A DNA stretch of 64,000 nt from a virus (lineage: Duplodnaviria > Heunggongvirae > Uroviricota > Caudoviricetes), in the IMG/VR virus record IMGVR_UViG_3300028422_001686. The stretch is one strand, 5' to 3'. A program made the translations under genes and the position numbers. The notes below the pieces were generated by a model. It did no database searches. It saw only the letters and a program-made list of their open reading frames with translations, and was not told the DNA's origin. Shown one piece after another: positions 39,549 to 49,955 of this stretch; within the stretch, counting starts at the first letter, position 1, and each line of letters begins with the position of its first letter.

Positions 39549-39574
39549 TTGTACCCCTTTTAATCCTTGCTATA

Positions 39575-39604
39575 CAAAAAAGGGGGCCGTTTTACTTGCC
39601 CCCT
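39575..39604 (-). terminator. Intrinsic terminator after major capsid gene
   Basis: AGGGGGC (39581-87) / GCCCCCT (39598-604) stem followed by a T run on the minus strand. Confidence 0.8.
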
Positions 39605-39645
39605 CGTTTATTTTAACTCATTGAATTAAAATTGTCACCCTAAGA

Positions 39646-41028
39646 TTAAACAATCGCAACTCTCTCAGGGATTTGCTCTAGTCCACCAGAAACTGTTGGG
39701 TTGCCATCTTTATCGAGGGCTGCAACAGGAATGTGAGGGATAGAAGGCTGAGAGCTGATAGCATTGCTAACGTTAACAGCATTCTTAATAAGAGCTACAC
39801 CTTGACCTTCATTCAAGATACCAAGATTGTATCTTTCACGAATTTTGATCTTACGGATATCACGAGCAGGATCTGCCCATTCTTCAGTTGTAGGATCTTC
39901 GTCAACTAGAATAACACCAAGTTCATTAGCATCAAAGATAGAGATGTGGCATGTTTTAGTGTTAACATCATAGTGAGCAAAAGGAGTAACAACTACGTTC
40001 ATAACGTTAGGAAGGTATCCTGGAAGCTGAGGAGCAGATGTCAAAAGTTGATTTCTCAACTCAACGTCAGTATCAGGTCCAATATTTTCATATTTACCTT
40101 CTGACAATCCACCAGCAGCTGTTGCCCAAGGATTTCCACCTTTAGCATTTCCTCTCCAAGTAGCATACATAATGTTTGTATTTGCATTGAAGAACATAGA
40201 ACGGATGTTAGGATCTTTACAGAACATTGTGAAGCACAATGGGTGAAGCAACATAGTGTTACCATTGAAACCACGAGCTAGGACTTGTCCCCAGATATCG
40301 AAAAGGTCATCAGTAGTAACAGAACCATTAGCAGCACCATTGAAATCACGTCCATGGGTTACACCAAGAACTGATTCTGTAGGATTTCTGTTATCGAAAT
40401 AAACAACACCGAGGTTGCTGATCATATTAAAGATCTTTACTTCTTTATGACGAGCCAAGCAACGACCAGCTGCACGAAGGTGCATATTGATTACGTCGAT
40501 TTGTGAGTAACGAACCATTTCATCAGTAATCTTAACGGCAATACCGCTTTTACCGATGTTCGCTACCATGGCTGATCCACCCTGAGAGATTTTAGCTTCT
40601 GGGTATTCACCAGCTTCTGGGATATCTAGTTCGGCTACAGACAGTGCTGAAGCAGAAGGAAGAACTAGGGTTTGTCCCATTGTGAAGTTGATTCTTTGAA
40701 GAAGGCTTGTACCAATCAACATAGGCTCAATAGCTTCACGAACAACAGTTGTAACTACTTTAGGAAGTAGAACAGGAGCATCTGGAGTAGCATACATGTC
40801 TTTTAGAGCCCACTGTACACCTTCAGCATCAACACCATTGTTGTTCCAAATGAAGTCAATACGACTAGAAGCATCCTTATATGTCTTCAAGACGCGCTTT
40901 TCAAAAGCATCATTTTCTTCATTTTCTTCTTTTTTTACTGTGTCTTTATAGAGAGTTGAAAGTGCAACATGGTTAGCATCTTTGTTAACCTGTACTTTAT
41001 AACCGTCTTTTTCTTTAAAGATTCTCAT
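39646..41028 (-). CDS. Major capsid protein (HK97-fold), 460 aa
   Basis: LLPKVVTTVVREA, IPEAGEYPE, IGKSGIAVKITDEMVRYSQIDVI, IKIRERYNLGILNEGQGV; followed by a terminator. Confidence 0.9.
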   Translation of the reverse strand: MRIFKEKDGYKVQVNKDANHVALSTLYKDTVKKEENEENDAFEKRVLKTYKDASSRIDFIWNNNGVDAEGVQWALKDMYATPDAPVLLPKVVTTVVREAIEPMLIGTSLLQRINFTMGQTLVLPSASALSVAELDIPEAGEYPEAKISQGGSAMVANIGKSGIAVKITDEMVRYSQIDVINMHLRAAGRCLARHKEVKIFNMISNLGVVYFDNRNPTESVLGVTHGRDFNGAANGSVTTDDLFDIWGQVLARGFNGNTMLLHPLCFTMFCKDPNIRSMFFNANTNIMYATWRGNAKGGNPWATAAGGLSEGKYENIGPDTDVELRNQLLTSAPQLPGYLPNVMNVVVTPFAHYDVNTKTCHISIFDANELGVILVDEDPTTEEWADPARDIRKIKIRERYNLGILNEGQGVALIKNAVNVSNAISSQPSIPHIPVAALDKDGNPTVSGGLEQIPERVAIV

Positions 41029-41051
41029 TTGTAATTCTCCTTTCTATCTTA

Positions 41052-42242
41052 TTATCGGATGTTCAAGTTGAAACGAACGATACCAGTATACTTGTCACCA
41101 CCTGCAAGATAGATATTACTTGGGATACCGCCATTAGCGGAACCAGGTTGAGCAGCAAATGGAATAACTTCACCAGTCTTACCACTTACAACACTTCCAT
41201 GCAAACGAGAGTCATATGCTGTTTTAACACGATCCAAAAATTGTTTTGGAAAGTTAGTATCAACTTTATAAACTTGACCAACAATATCTAGAGTTTTATC
41301 GATAGCAGCAGCGATGTTAGCTGATTCGTCACCAGCAGTTGTGTCACCGATAGCAGAAGCTGAGTAAACAACAAAACGAGAGTTCTCATCTACGACAACG
41401 AAATCACCAGGTTTAGCTTCACCTCTCCAAGTTGCCATAGCAGCAAAAGGAGTAGAGTAATAAGTTTCTTCGTAGAGATAGTTAACGATAATTTTGTCAC
41501 CAACTTTCAAGTAGTCAGCAGCTGCCCACTCAATTCCATCAACGCCATCAACGAAAGACCATTCAACATCTTTGCGTCCGTTAATACGAACTTCAATAGA
41601 ATGAGGAACGACTGTGTCGTGATCAAGTGCGAAAGATGAAGTAGCAACAGTGATTTCCTCTTCTTTAATAGCGGCTGTACGCTTAAGAGGTTCTACTGGG
41701 TACTCAAGATAGTATTTTGTCAAAATAGCTACACCGGTTTGACGGTTATAGTTATGGAAACGATAAGTAGCTGGGTTTGTTGGGTCAGATCCAGCAAGTG
41801 CATAAGCATCATAAGATGCAACACCGCCACAACGACCTACAGATAAACCTGCAGCATACATCGCGTCAATAACATAGTCACCGGCTACTGCACGATTACC
41901 ATCAGCTTTTACGATACCATGTTGCTCATCTAGAGAGCTGTAAACAGGACCGAAAGAAGAAGCAGGGCTAGCTGCTTTCTTAGCCAAAAGTAAACGAAAA
42001 CCAGCGGGAACCATATAGCTGTTAGAATCTAAAGCAACTGGCGTATGGCTACCAATAACAATATAATCTTCATTATTTGCTTCGTAGCGAGCCAATGGAA
42101 GATAAGGTGCTGGATAGTTCAATCCAAAGCGCATACCTTCACTGATTTCGTAGTTGGGTGTCCAAGGCTGAGAGTATTTAGTAATGCCCTTATGTGTTGG
42201 CTGATACCCACCTACAGGGAAATTTCCTGAAAAGTAATCCAT
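41052..42242 (-). CDS. Capsid cement/decoration protein, 396 aa
   Basis: Position between scaffold and capsid genes; GDFVVVDENSRFV and IVGQVYKVD motifs. Confidence 0.65.
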   Translation of the reverse strand: MDYFSGNFPVGGYQPTHKGITKYSQPWTPNYEISEGMRFGLNYPAPYLPLARYEANNEDYIVIGSHTPVALDSNSYMVPAGFRLLLAKKAASPASSFGPVYSSLDEQHGIVKADGNRAVAGDYVIDAMYAAGLSVGRCGGVASYDAYALAGSDPTNPATYRFHNYNRQTGVAILTKYYLEYPVEPLKRTAAIKEEEITVATSSFALDHDTVVPHSIEVRINGRKDVEWSFVDGVDGIEWAAADYLKVGDKIIVNYLYEETYYSTPFAAMATWRGEAKPGDFVVVDENSRFVVYSASAIGDTTAGDESANIAAAIDKTLDIVGQVYKVDTNFPKQFLDRVKTAYDSRLHGSVVSGKTGEVIPFAAQPGSANGGIPSNIYLAGGDKYTGIVRFNLNIR

Positions 42243-42264
42243 TGTTAAACTCCTTAATTTTTTA

Positions 42265-45051
42265 CTAGTCTAGAACTTTAATTTTTTGTTTTCTCATCCA
42301 AGCATCAGCAAATGCCCTTCCTCTACGTTCCACCAACACACTGTATTGTCTGTATAGTGAAGACTCCTTGGCTTCTTCCCTTTGTTTATTTGTCTCAAAA
42401 GTTGCATTCTCATTTGAGTCAAGAACTGGGTTTTCCACCTTGGCTGGTGTAGAAGGAACGCTCTCTTTTTTCACAGATACCAAGTTAATAAATTCGTTCT
42501 GCAGTGTATCCAGGCTTTTTCCTGAGAACTCGTCTAAAAATTTAGCTCGATCATTTTCTTCTATTTCTCCCTTCTGGATCTTAGAATCAATAATCTTTTC
42601 TGCTACGAAAGAAGACATTTTGGCCTTCTCTTGCTTGAATGAATCTTCTAGGACATTTATCTCTTCATTTGCAGCAACTAATTGAGCTTCTAAGATTGAT
42701 ATCTCTTGGGCTCTATCATTTAACTGCTTCATGAGATCACTAACGTCATTAGCAGAGTCACTAGTTACGTTAACATTAAGCCCGGCTTCGCTAGCCTTCT
42801 TATTAAGGGCATCTAAAACCTTAACAAGAGATTCGCTGTCAAGCTCAGTTCTCGTAACTACTTCTGTATTATTACATGTATTATTTGCAGTGTCAAAATT
42901 TTTGTTTAGCTTATATCCCTGTCTTGAAGCCTTTTTCTTGGCTGAATCAAGAATTCTCTTTTTTACACTATCTGCGACGTTTAAAACCTCAAGGGTTTCC
43001 ACAATGGCTGCATAGTGGTCTTCATTGACTAAAGGAAAGAAACCTTTTTTACCACAACAATCTGAAGCCTTAAGTTCTTTAAAGGCATCTTCTGATATTG
43101 CAGATTCTTCTGGGAGGAACTCCTTCATTACATCGTAAACTTCTTCTGCAGACATGTCTTCTAGGGTTGTTTCTGTGCTATTTAGTTCAGTTAGAACCTC
43201 TGCTAATTCATCCTCAGTAAGACCTGAATACAAGAATAAAGTCTCTTCATCTTTATCTGCGATTTTTTGTAGAATCTCTTTAGCGTCTTTTTCAGAGATA
43301 TTAATGTTTTGACTTGCTGAAATTCTTTTAATCAACTCGTCAATTGCCTCACTAATTTCTTCAACAGTTTTGCTGTCAAGAAATTTCTCAATAGTTTGAG
43401 TTGAATCAGTAATGCCCAAAGCAGCCTTCCCTTCTTCTTCCATCTTTTTTAGACGTGTATAGTAATCAGGAATTTCCATTAAATGGGACTTAGCAATTGC
43501 CTTGCTAATATTCTCATTGTCGTTATGTTCTTTTTCTACTTCCGTCCCCATCTTCAATTCATCTTCATTAAAAACTGAGTCTGGAATGTTCCAGTATTTT
43601 AAGTTTTGAGCAAAGAAAGATAGAGCATCGTTTCCAAGGTCAGAAATAGCATCTTCTCCCTCGTATGCATCTTTATAGGCCTTAATCAAGACAGAGTCAT
43701 TTTCTCTTTTTTGGCTATTTTCTCTAGATGTTTTTTTCTTCTTTTTTACATTTTTAGCTCTTGTTTGGGTTGGAGAACAATCAGAAGAGCCTTCATTTCC
43801 ACTTTTAGTAGCTGCATCATTCTGTGTTCCCTCATCTTGATTCTGACCCTCTTCGTCTTTTATCTCAACAAAGCCGTGGTTTTCAATAAGGAAATCTTGG
43901 ATTCCTTTTTGTAGGTCTAATTGATCGTTATTATCCCCTTCACCTTCTACTCCATTTTCAGAAAGATAAGCAGCAATAGCTTCTAACACAGACTCTTTGT
44001 CAAATTCTTCTTCTTCTGTGTTAATCCATTGAGATACTGTTACTTCTTTATCAGCCTTGCCTTCTTCATAACGGGCAATTCTGAAGTAAGATGAAACTAC
44101 AGCATCTTTAATTAATGCTTTTAGTTCCTCTTTTGTCTTATTTACCTTCATTGCATTCTCCATTTTTTCTATGCTATCCTTAACTTCTACTAAATTAACT
44201 TCTTCTTCTGTAAAAAGAGGGATTAAAGAGTTGTCTTTAGCTGCAAAAACTTGAATAGCCGTATTAATACTGTCTTCAAAATTATTATATTTACTGTTTC
44301 TTTCTGCCGAATTAACGTGGATAATCTGTACTTCTTGTTCATTTACAATACTGAACGTGTGTGCATTTGGGTCTGCAGGACTATTTACGATACCAAGGTG
44401 CTCATAAGACATTGCACCAGGAACAACAACACAAAGATTGTCCTTATATTCATTCCCTCTTTGGTGCTCACAGAATCCATCCTTCATCCAGTTAGTACCA
44501 CAAACTGAACAATATGCATCTGGAGATATCATAGAGGTTGAAACTGTCATATATCTTTGGTCCAAGATTCTTTCTATAGTCTCTGGATCGTCAATTTTTA
44601 GTGTTCCGCGAATGAAACCAGTACCTGTATATCCGTCTCTATGACAATATTCTCTGATCATATGTTGAACAAAGTCGGTTGTTGCCTGTAGAGAATCACT
44701 ATAACGACTAAGGTTCTTTAGAAATGAGTCTTTTTCAAAAAGGTCTGCAGAAGAATTTACATATTCTGCCTCAATCACTCGTCCAACAGGTGTTGACTCA
44801 TCTTCATGTCCAATGATAACAGGTTTTGGAAAATTCTGGGTGAAAGTTTTGGCTCCATCTGACATTCTAGTTGGAAGGTAGAACCCATAGTTTCTTGTTA
44901 CAATCCCTGAGTGAGTCATCTCAATTTGAGTAATTAATGAGTGGCCAGATTTTGAACTAGAATCTTTTGTTTTAAAGTACTTCTTGTTTCCTTCTTTCAA
45001 GGAAATTGTACCCTGAAGGGCATCAGTTAATCTTAAATGGTTATTTTTCAT
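42265..45051 (-). CDS. Prohead protease-scaffold fusion, 928 aa
   Basis: PVIIGHEDESTPVGRVIEA (His), YMTVSTSM (Ser), YEHLGIVNSPADPNA fit HK97-type maturation proteases; long acidic coiled-coil scaffold follows. Confidence 0.8.
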   Translation of the reverse strand: MKNNHLRLTDALQGTISLKEGNKKYFKTKDSSSKSGHSLITQIEMTHSGIVTRNYGFYLPTRMSDGAKTFTQNFPKPVIIGHEDESTPVGRVIEAEYVNSSADLFEKDSFLKNLSRYSDSLQATTDFVQHMIREYCHRDGYTGTGFIRGTLKIDDPETIERILDQRYMTVSTSMISPDAYCSVCGTNWMKDGFCEHQRGNEYKDNLCVVVPGAMSYEHLGIVNSPADPNAHTFSIVNEQEVQIIHVNSAERNSKYNNFEDSINTAIQVFAAKDNSLIPLFTEEEVNLVEVKDSIEKMENAMKVNKTKEELKALIKDAVVSSYFRIARYEEGKADKEVTVSQWINTEEEEFDKESVLEAIAAYLSENGVEGEGDNNDQLDLQKGIQDFLIENHGFVEIKDEEGQNQDEGTQNDAATKSGNEGSSDCSPTQTRAKNVKKKKKTSRENSQKRENDSVLIKAYKDAYEGEDAISDLGNDALSFFAQNLKYWNIPDSVFNEDELKMGTEVEKEHNDNENISKAIAKSHLMEIPDYYTRLKKMEEEGKAALGITDSTQTIEKFLDSKTVEEISEAIDELIKRISASQNINISEKDAKEILQKIADKDEETLFLYSGLTEDELAEVLTELNSTETTLEDMSAEEVYDVMKEFLPEESAISEDAFKELKASDCCGKKGFFPLVNEDHYAAIVETLEVLNVADSVKKRILDSAKKKASRQGYKLNKNFDTANNTCNNTEVVTRTELDSESLVKVLDALNKKASEAGLNVNVTSDSANDVSDLMKQLNDRAQEISILEAQLVAANEEINVLEDSFKQEKAKMSSFVAEKIIDSKIQKGEIEENDRAKFLDEFSGKSLDTLQNEFINLVSVKKESVPSTPAKVENPVLDSNENATFETNKQREEAKESSLYRQYSVLVERRGRAFADAWMRKQKIKVLD

Positions 45052-45100
45052 TTACATTCTCCTCTATAGAATTATAAGGTCTTATGCCCCTAATGTAAAA

Positions 45101-47083
45101 TCATGATTTTCTTTTTACTCTTCCATTAGAATTTGGGTGAAATGGAGGTAGTTGTGATACAGTAATCGAGTCTAAGCTTATGGTTTTATTGTATTTTGAA
45201 CATATCTCGCAGTTATCGTTAAGATCTAAAGCAGCCTCTTTTTCTCCGCTGTGCTTTAAAGCGGCAACAATTCCTGCATTTTTTGCCCTCATAAACTCTG
45301 TTCTATCTATTCTTTTTGCTGAAGCTTGAAGTGAATCAAAAACTTCATCAATATTCTTTCCTTGATCAATACCCCTAATTACTTTACCTTTTAGTTCAGT
45401 TCTCAAACCTCTTAAGCACTTATCAACATATGATTCTAGTGAAGAGAAAAGGTTCTTCGATTCTTGTGAGTCAAGACCGCTTACCTCTGATGAAGTTTCA
45501 AGATATCCATCCCTAAATGCTTCAGCCATACTAGATGCATATCTGTTTTCTGTATGGTCCATATACATATCAATTAAGGTTCCAATCCAAAGTTTATCAT
45601 TTCCAGCCGCACCTACTTCTTTTTTTAAAGCACTTACGGCTAATGCTGCTCTATCTTGAAAAACACTTTTAATAGAGTCTTGCTGTGACTTTTGAGGTCC
45701 AGTATTTGTTCCATGCTGATTTGTTGGAGCATTACTATTCTTAGCACTAGAAGCTGCTGCACTAGAAGCTGCTGCTACTTTTTGTGTCTCAAGTGTTATC
45801 TCTTTCTGGTATTGAAGATACATGTCTTCGGCTTCACTTTCCTTTAATGGTTCACGCCCACAAGCAGCTCTTGCCTCTGTACGGCTTATGATATCTCCAT
45901 TATAAAGAACTTGAGCATTTGTATTCTTCTTCATTTGTTGTTCTATATCAATTTCTTCAAATCTAAATTCAACTAAATTCTCATCATCAAATACGTCTAC
46001 GCTAAGATCTGACTCAAGTAACAGGTCAAGAATAACAAAGAAGTTCATTATTTCTTCCATTTGGTCCTGGAAGTCTTTGACAGAGTCAATCATAGCACTA
46101 GATAAACTGGCAGCAGTTGCTCTATTTGCAGAAGATCCCTCTCCCATATCTACAGGAGAAACACCTAAACCAGTATACACTCTGTTTTTAAAATAATTAA
46201 GATAATTGTCTACTGCGAGAGCCTTGCCCTCTACACCAATATATTTAATATCATGTCTTTCTGGAGTTACAATACCACCTTCTGATGGCATTTGATCCAG
46301 TTCAGCACGAACGAGGTCTACTTCTGATACAACTGAACCATCTGGCAGCTGAACATCAGTAGCAGGTTTTGTTTCAGTTCCAACCTTATAGTGGAAGATA
46401 GGAAATAAAGTTTGATAGATAAGTAGTTCTACGTTCTCTTCTATTCTTCTTAGAGCTCTAATATCGTCTATTACAGATACAACCTGTGGAGTCCCAAAGT
46501 CAAATCCAGTCTTTCTGTTGGCATAAAAATGAATTACATTATCTACTGGATGGTCCCTATATCTTCCATCAGGCATTCTTTGTCTATAATGAGTAATTTT
46601 CCTGTTCTTATCACGTAGTACAAAAAGGTTTTCTGGCCCCATTCCAAAATAAGCTAGGGCTTTTCCTTTACCAGTAACTCTATGTCTTTCTTTAGGGTCC
46701 CTGACTATTACCCAAAAATAGTTAGATCTTGATATAAGGGCAGCTCCAGTCTCTCTTAACAAGGTTCTCCATGGAGTTCCAGAGGAATACTCTAATTGAC
46801 GTATTCTCTTCTGCACATACTTAATTGTATCATTATTTTTACCTACCAGCTTCTCCCCTTCTTTAAACATAAGGGAGGTCTTCTTCTGGAAGGCTTGTTT
46901 AACAAAAGATTCAACGTCTTCTAGGACGCCAATCTCTGTAAAGTTATATTCTGGTTGTGATATTTTTAGTCGACTACTATAGTCTAAGACTGGTTTAGAT
47001 CTGGCAACTTTTTTTACATCAACTTTAACATTTGTTGCAGAATCATTTTTTCTAATGAAATGGATTCTATTGTTTATTGTCAT
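45101..47083 (-). CDS. Portal protein with C-terminal MuF-like domain, 660 aa
   Basis: NVIHFYANRKTGFDFGTPQV, YFKNRVYTGLGVSPVDMG, ISRTEARAACGREP; ends CEIC...LPPFHPNSNG. Confidence 0.85.
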   Translation of the reverse strand: MTINNRIHFIRKNDSATNVKVDVKKVARSKPVLDYSSRLKISQPEYNFTEIGVLEDVESFVKQAFQKKTSLMFKEGEKLVGKNNDTIKYVQKRIRQLEYSSGTPWRTLLRETGAALISRSNYFWVIVRDPKERHRVTGKGKALAYFGMGPENLFVLRDKNRKITHYRQRMPDGRYRDHPVDNVIHFYANRKTGFDFGTPQVVSVIDDIRALRRIEENVELLIYQTLFPIFHYKVGTETKPATDVQLPDGSVVSEVDLVRAELDQMPSEGGIVTPERHDIKYIGVEGKALAVDNYLNYFKNRVYTGLGVSPVDMGEGSSANRATAASLSSAMIDSVKDFQDQMEEIMNFFVILDLLLESDLSVDVFDDENLVEFRFEEIDIEQQMKKNTNAQVLYNGDIISRTEARAACGREPLKESEAEDMYLQYQKEITLETQKVAAASSAAASSAKNSNAPTNQHGTNTGPQKSQQDSIKSVFQDRAALAVSALKKEVGAAGNDKLWIGTLIDMYMDHTENRYASSMAEAFRDGYLETSSEVSGLDSQESKNLFSSLESYVDKCLRGLRTELKGKVIRGIDQGKNIDEVFDSLQASAKRIDRTEFMRAKNAGIVAALKHSGEKEAALDLNDNCEICSKYNKTISLDSITVSQLPPFHPNSNGRVKRKS

Positions 47084-47085
47084 AT

Positions 47086-49041
47086 TTAAGCCTTAATTGT
47101 ATTTGCCCATTCTTTTACTTTATCAAAGTCAAAATTTACTTTTGCGCCAGTAGAGCATATATTTAGTGGAACAACTGTAATCCCACTATCTCCGCTTCCA
47201 TATTCACTAGCGCCAAGACTACTTGATGCCTTTAATATCTTGCCTTCACTTAATGAATCTGTAATAGAATTATTCATTGAGGTTAGGCCAGAATTATCCG
47301 AGCTTGCCATAATGGAAGATGATGAGCCTGTCTCTGTGTCATATAACTCTAGTTCAACATCAGATCTTGCAACAATCAGATTTCCATCACTATCCTTGAT
47401 ATAGTTAAATGCATTACCTGATCCTCTTTTTAAATAGTCAAATAATTCACTTACTCCATTATCAATTGCACTTTCATCTTTACATATTTTATCTAAATTG
47501 TCGAGGCTAAATAGTAAGTCGATAATCCCCTTTAATCTTACAAGCTTTTGAATTTCTGCAAGAAAGATTAGCTTTTCCTCGGATGTTGCAGCTGATCCCA
47601 GCAATACTCTTTCAAGTTCCTGTTGTACACCCTTAAGTGTATCTCTAACGGTTCGCCTTCCCTCAATTACTGCAGTTCTAAGTGTCTGGAGTCCCGAATA
47701 TAGTGTGTCTGAAAAGCCATTCAATGCTTGTCTAGCATCTGTAACAGCAGTGGATGTAGCAGCTACATATTTATTAGAAGAAAATGCAGTAGAAGATAAC
47801 TTGTTTCCCCTCCTATCTTTCAGTTTACTATCAACTAGAAGTATTTGTTTATCGACAGTTGCGATTCTGTCATTTACTGACTCGATCTCACTTCCGATAC
47901 TTCTAGAAATTACATTTGGAACATGGATAGTTCGTTTTGATCCAAGAGATGTCTGAGAAATAGAAGAACCTACTATAATTGGGGGTGAATCCTCTAATGT
48001 ATAATAGATCTCAGATCCAGGAGTCTTTTCTGTCCTTAAAAGCCTATTAAGATACGTAAGGCGTTCTGAAAGCTCACCTCTTCGTTTTATCAAAGAAATC
48101 CTAGTGTTATTCAACTCTGCTATTTCACTATTATTTGCTTTTTTTAAGGCTGAGCCGACATCTAGTTTCGCTAATGTATTATCTAAAGATCTAACAATAC
48201 ACTCGATTGGTCCTATAATTATATTTATATACTTCTCTAGTAAGTCAGAAACACCGCTGAGCATTGGTGAAAATATTGGACCAATTAGGAAATCAATCCC
48301 ACCCCTTAGTCCGTCTAATGATGCGCTTGTATATTTCTGAATTAAAAGTGTCAGCAATGCAAGAATTCCATTTAGGTCTGGAAGGCAATGAACATTTAAA
48401 AAATCAAAAAGTGAGCAGATATCCCCAACTACTTCTGTGTTTTTAAGTAGATTCTTAATTGAGTTCAAGTGTTCTCGTATCTTTGACAGGTAGTTCTGCC
48501 ACATAGACGTGAACTCTGGTGAAAGACTAAAGCTATCTCCAGTCCATCTGAACTCACAGGGGATACAACTACTAAGTTTGTCACTTTTATAGGACAAAAC
48601 TGTTGCGGATCCAGACGACTTTTTAGATGATTTTGCTGTTTTTGGGTCATAAGTACCACCCCCAGAAGAGATAATCTTACTTACTTCTGCTCTCACACCT
48701 GCCTTGTCGGCCTTAGTCACTGCATAGTTAGAGCTATTTTTCCCTATTTCAGTATAACTATCGCCATCTTCTTCGTCTAACTCGCTATCCTCATAGTCTT
48801 CAATAGATACTTTAGATAATCTTGTCACTGCATTCTTGCCCGCAGTTATATTTGTTTTTGCCTCTTTTAATAGGCCTGTAACACTCGGTAGAATAGCGTT
48901 TTCATCATCTTGTGCTTTTGCCATGATGTTCTTGTTGTATGCATTTATAATGGTATCACAGGCTTGTTTAAGCCCCATAACACCTTCTGGCGTTAAAGCA
49001 ATAGAAATTGTATTATCTGTTGTTTCAGCCATATTATGCAC
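47086..49041 (-). CDS. Uncharacterised helical virion protein, about 650 aa (likely start 49032)
   Basis: Long ORF in the structural operon with amphipathic helices, coiled coil and CIPC. Confidence 0.55.
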   Translation of the reverse strand: MHNMAETTDNTISIALTPEGVMGLKQACDTIINAYNKNIMAKAQDDENAILPSVTGLLKEAKTNITAGKNAVTRLSKVSIEDYEDSELDEEDGDSYTEIGKNSSNYAVTKADKAGVRAEVSKIISSGGGTYDPKTAKSSKKSSGSATVLSYKSDKLSSCIPCEFRWTGDSFSLSPEFTSMWQNYLSKIREHLNSIKNLLKNTEVVGDICSLFDFLNVHCLPDLNGILALLTLLIQKYTSASLDGLRGGIDFLIGPIFSPMLSGVSDLLEKYINIIIGPIECIVRSLDNTLAKLDVGSALKKANNSEIAELNNTRISLIKRRGELSERLTYLNRLLRTEKTPGSEIYYTLEDSPPIIVGSSISQTSLGSKRTIHVPNVISRSIGSEIESVNDRIATVDKQILLVDSKLKDRRGNKLSSTAFSSNKYVAATSTAVTDARQALNGFSDTLYSGLQTLRTAVIEGRRTVRDTLKGVQQELERVLLGSAATSEEKLIFLAEIQKLVRLKGIIDLLFSLDNLDKICKDESAIDNGVSELFDYLKRGSGNAFNYIKDSDGNLIVARSDVELELYDTETGSSSSIMASSDNSGLTSMNNSITDSLSEGKILKASSSLGASEYGSGDSGITVVPLNICSTGAKVNFDFDKVKEWANTIKA

Positions 49042-49486
49042 CTATATCCTGGACTGATTGAGCAGACGCTGCAGCCTCTTCTGCCGAAGTGCCATTCATT
49101 AATGGAGCTACTCCTGGTCCAGTTGCCTGAAGGGACCTATCTCTTGCTTCTAAATTCGTTTGAGAATACTCAACTGGTTTTGTTGCACTCGCTGGCGGAG
49201 GTGATGCTGGAGCTGTACTTACACCAGGTCCACTTGAGGATGTAGGTGCAGAACATATATGAGTATGTCCAAGTACTGCTTTATTTATATTTGCATTTGT
49301 GGTTGTAATGTTTGCGTTTAGCTTTGATTCAAGCTCGGATATTCTTGTATTTAGTTGACTTAGCATTAGCTTGTAGTCATCAACATGAACATAGTCATTT
49401 CGTAAAAACAGGTTATGAATCTTTCTATACATCTTCAGCCATCTTTCATTAATTGAAGACCTACTTTGAATATTACTAAGCGGCAA
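49034..49486 (-). CDS. Hypothetical protein with coiled coil and HxH motif, 150 aa
   Basis: LGHTHICSAPTSSSGP resembles spike-apex HxH motifs. Confidence 0.5.
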   Translation of the reverse strand: MPLSNIQSRSSINERWLKMYRKIHNLFLRNDYVHVDDYKLMLSQLNTRISELESKLNANITTTNANINKAVLGHTHICSAPTSSSGPGVSTAPASPPPASATKPVEYSQTNLEARDRSLQATGPGVAPLMNGTSAEEAAASAQSVQDIGA

Positions 49487-49955
49487 GACTTACCCCTCCA
49501 TTTGAATTAATAGATTTTTGAGATAAGTACTTATTAATTCTCTCGTTATATTCAATTACCTGCTTATACATTTCATAGGTAATTTTTCCACTAGCATATC
49601 CGAATAAGGTCTCTTCTGCTTGCGCCAGAGCCTCATTTTCAGCAGAGTATGGATTGTATTCGATATAAAGATCTTTCGATCTCTTATCCACTACACTTTG
49701 GATTCTTTCTATTTCACCTAAAATATCTTCAAATTCATCAAGAAGATAGTCTGCATCTGACTTTACCTCGTCATCAACACTATAGACTTGATTATTAATT
49801 AGTGGAGATGAAGAGGCATCCGTGCTTTTTTGTGCTGTATATTTTATGTTATTTGTTGCAGTTAAGCGGTCTAGATCTCTTTTTTTGAGATTCTTTGTCA
49901 CCTTTGGTGTAATAACTGAAATTTGAACATCAAAATTTTCTGTTATCGTTGCCAT
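49476..49955 (-). CDS. Hypothetical virion protein, 159 aa
   Basis: Overlaps both neighbours. Confidence 0.55.
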   Translation of the reverse strand: MATITENFDVQISVITPKVTKNLKKRDLDRLTATNNIKYTAQKSTDASSSPLINNQVYSVDDEVKSDADYLLDEFEDILGEIERIQSVVDKRSKDLYIEYNPYSAENEALAQAEETLFGYASGKITYEMYKQVIEYNERINKYLSQKSINSNGGVSLAA

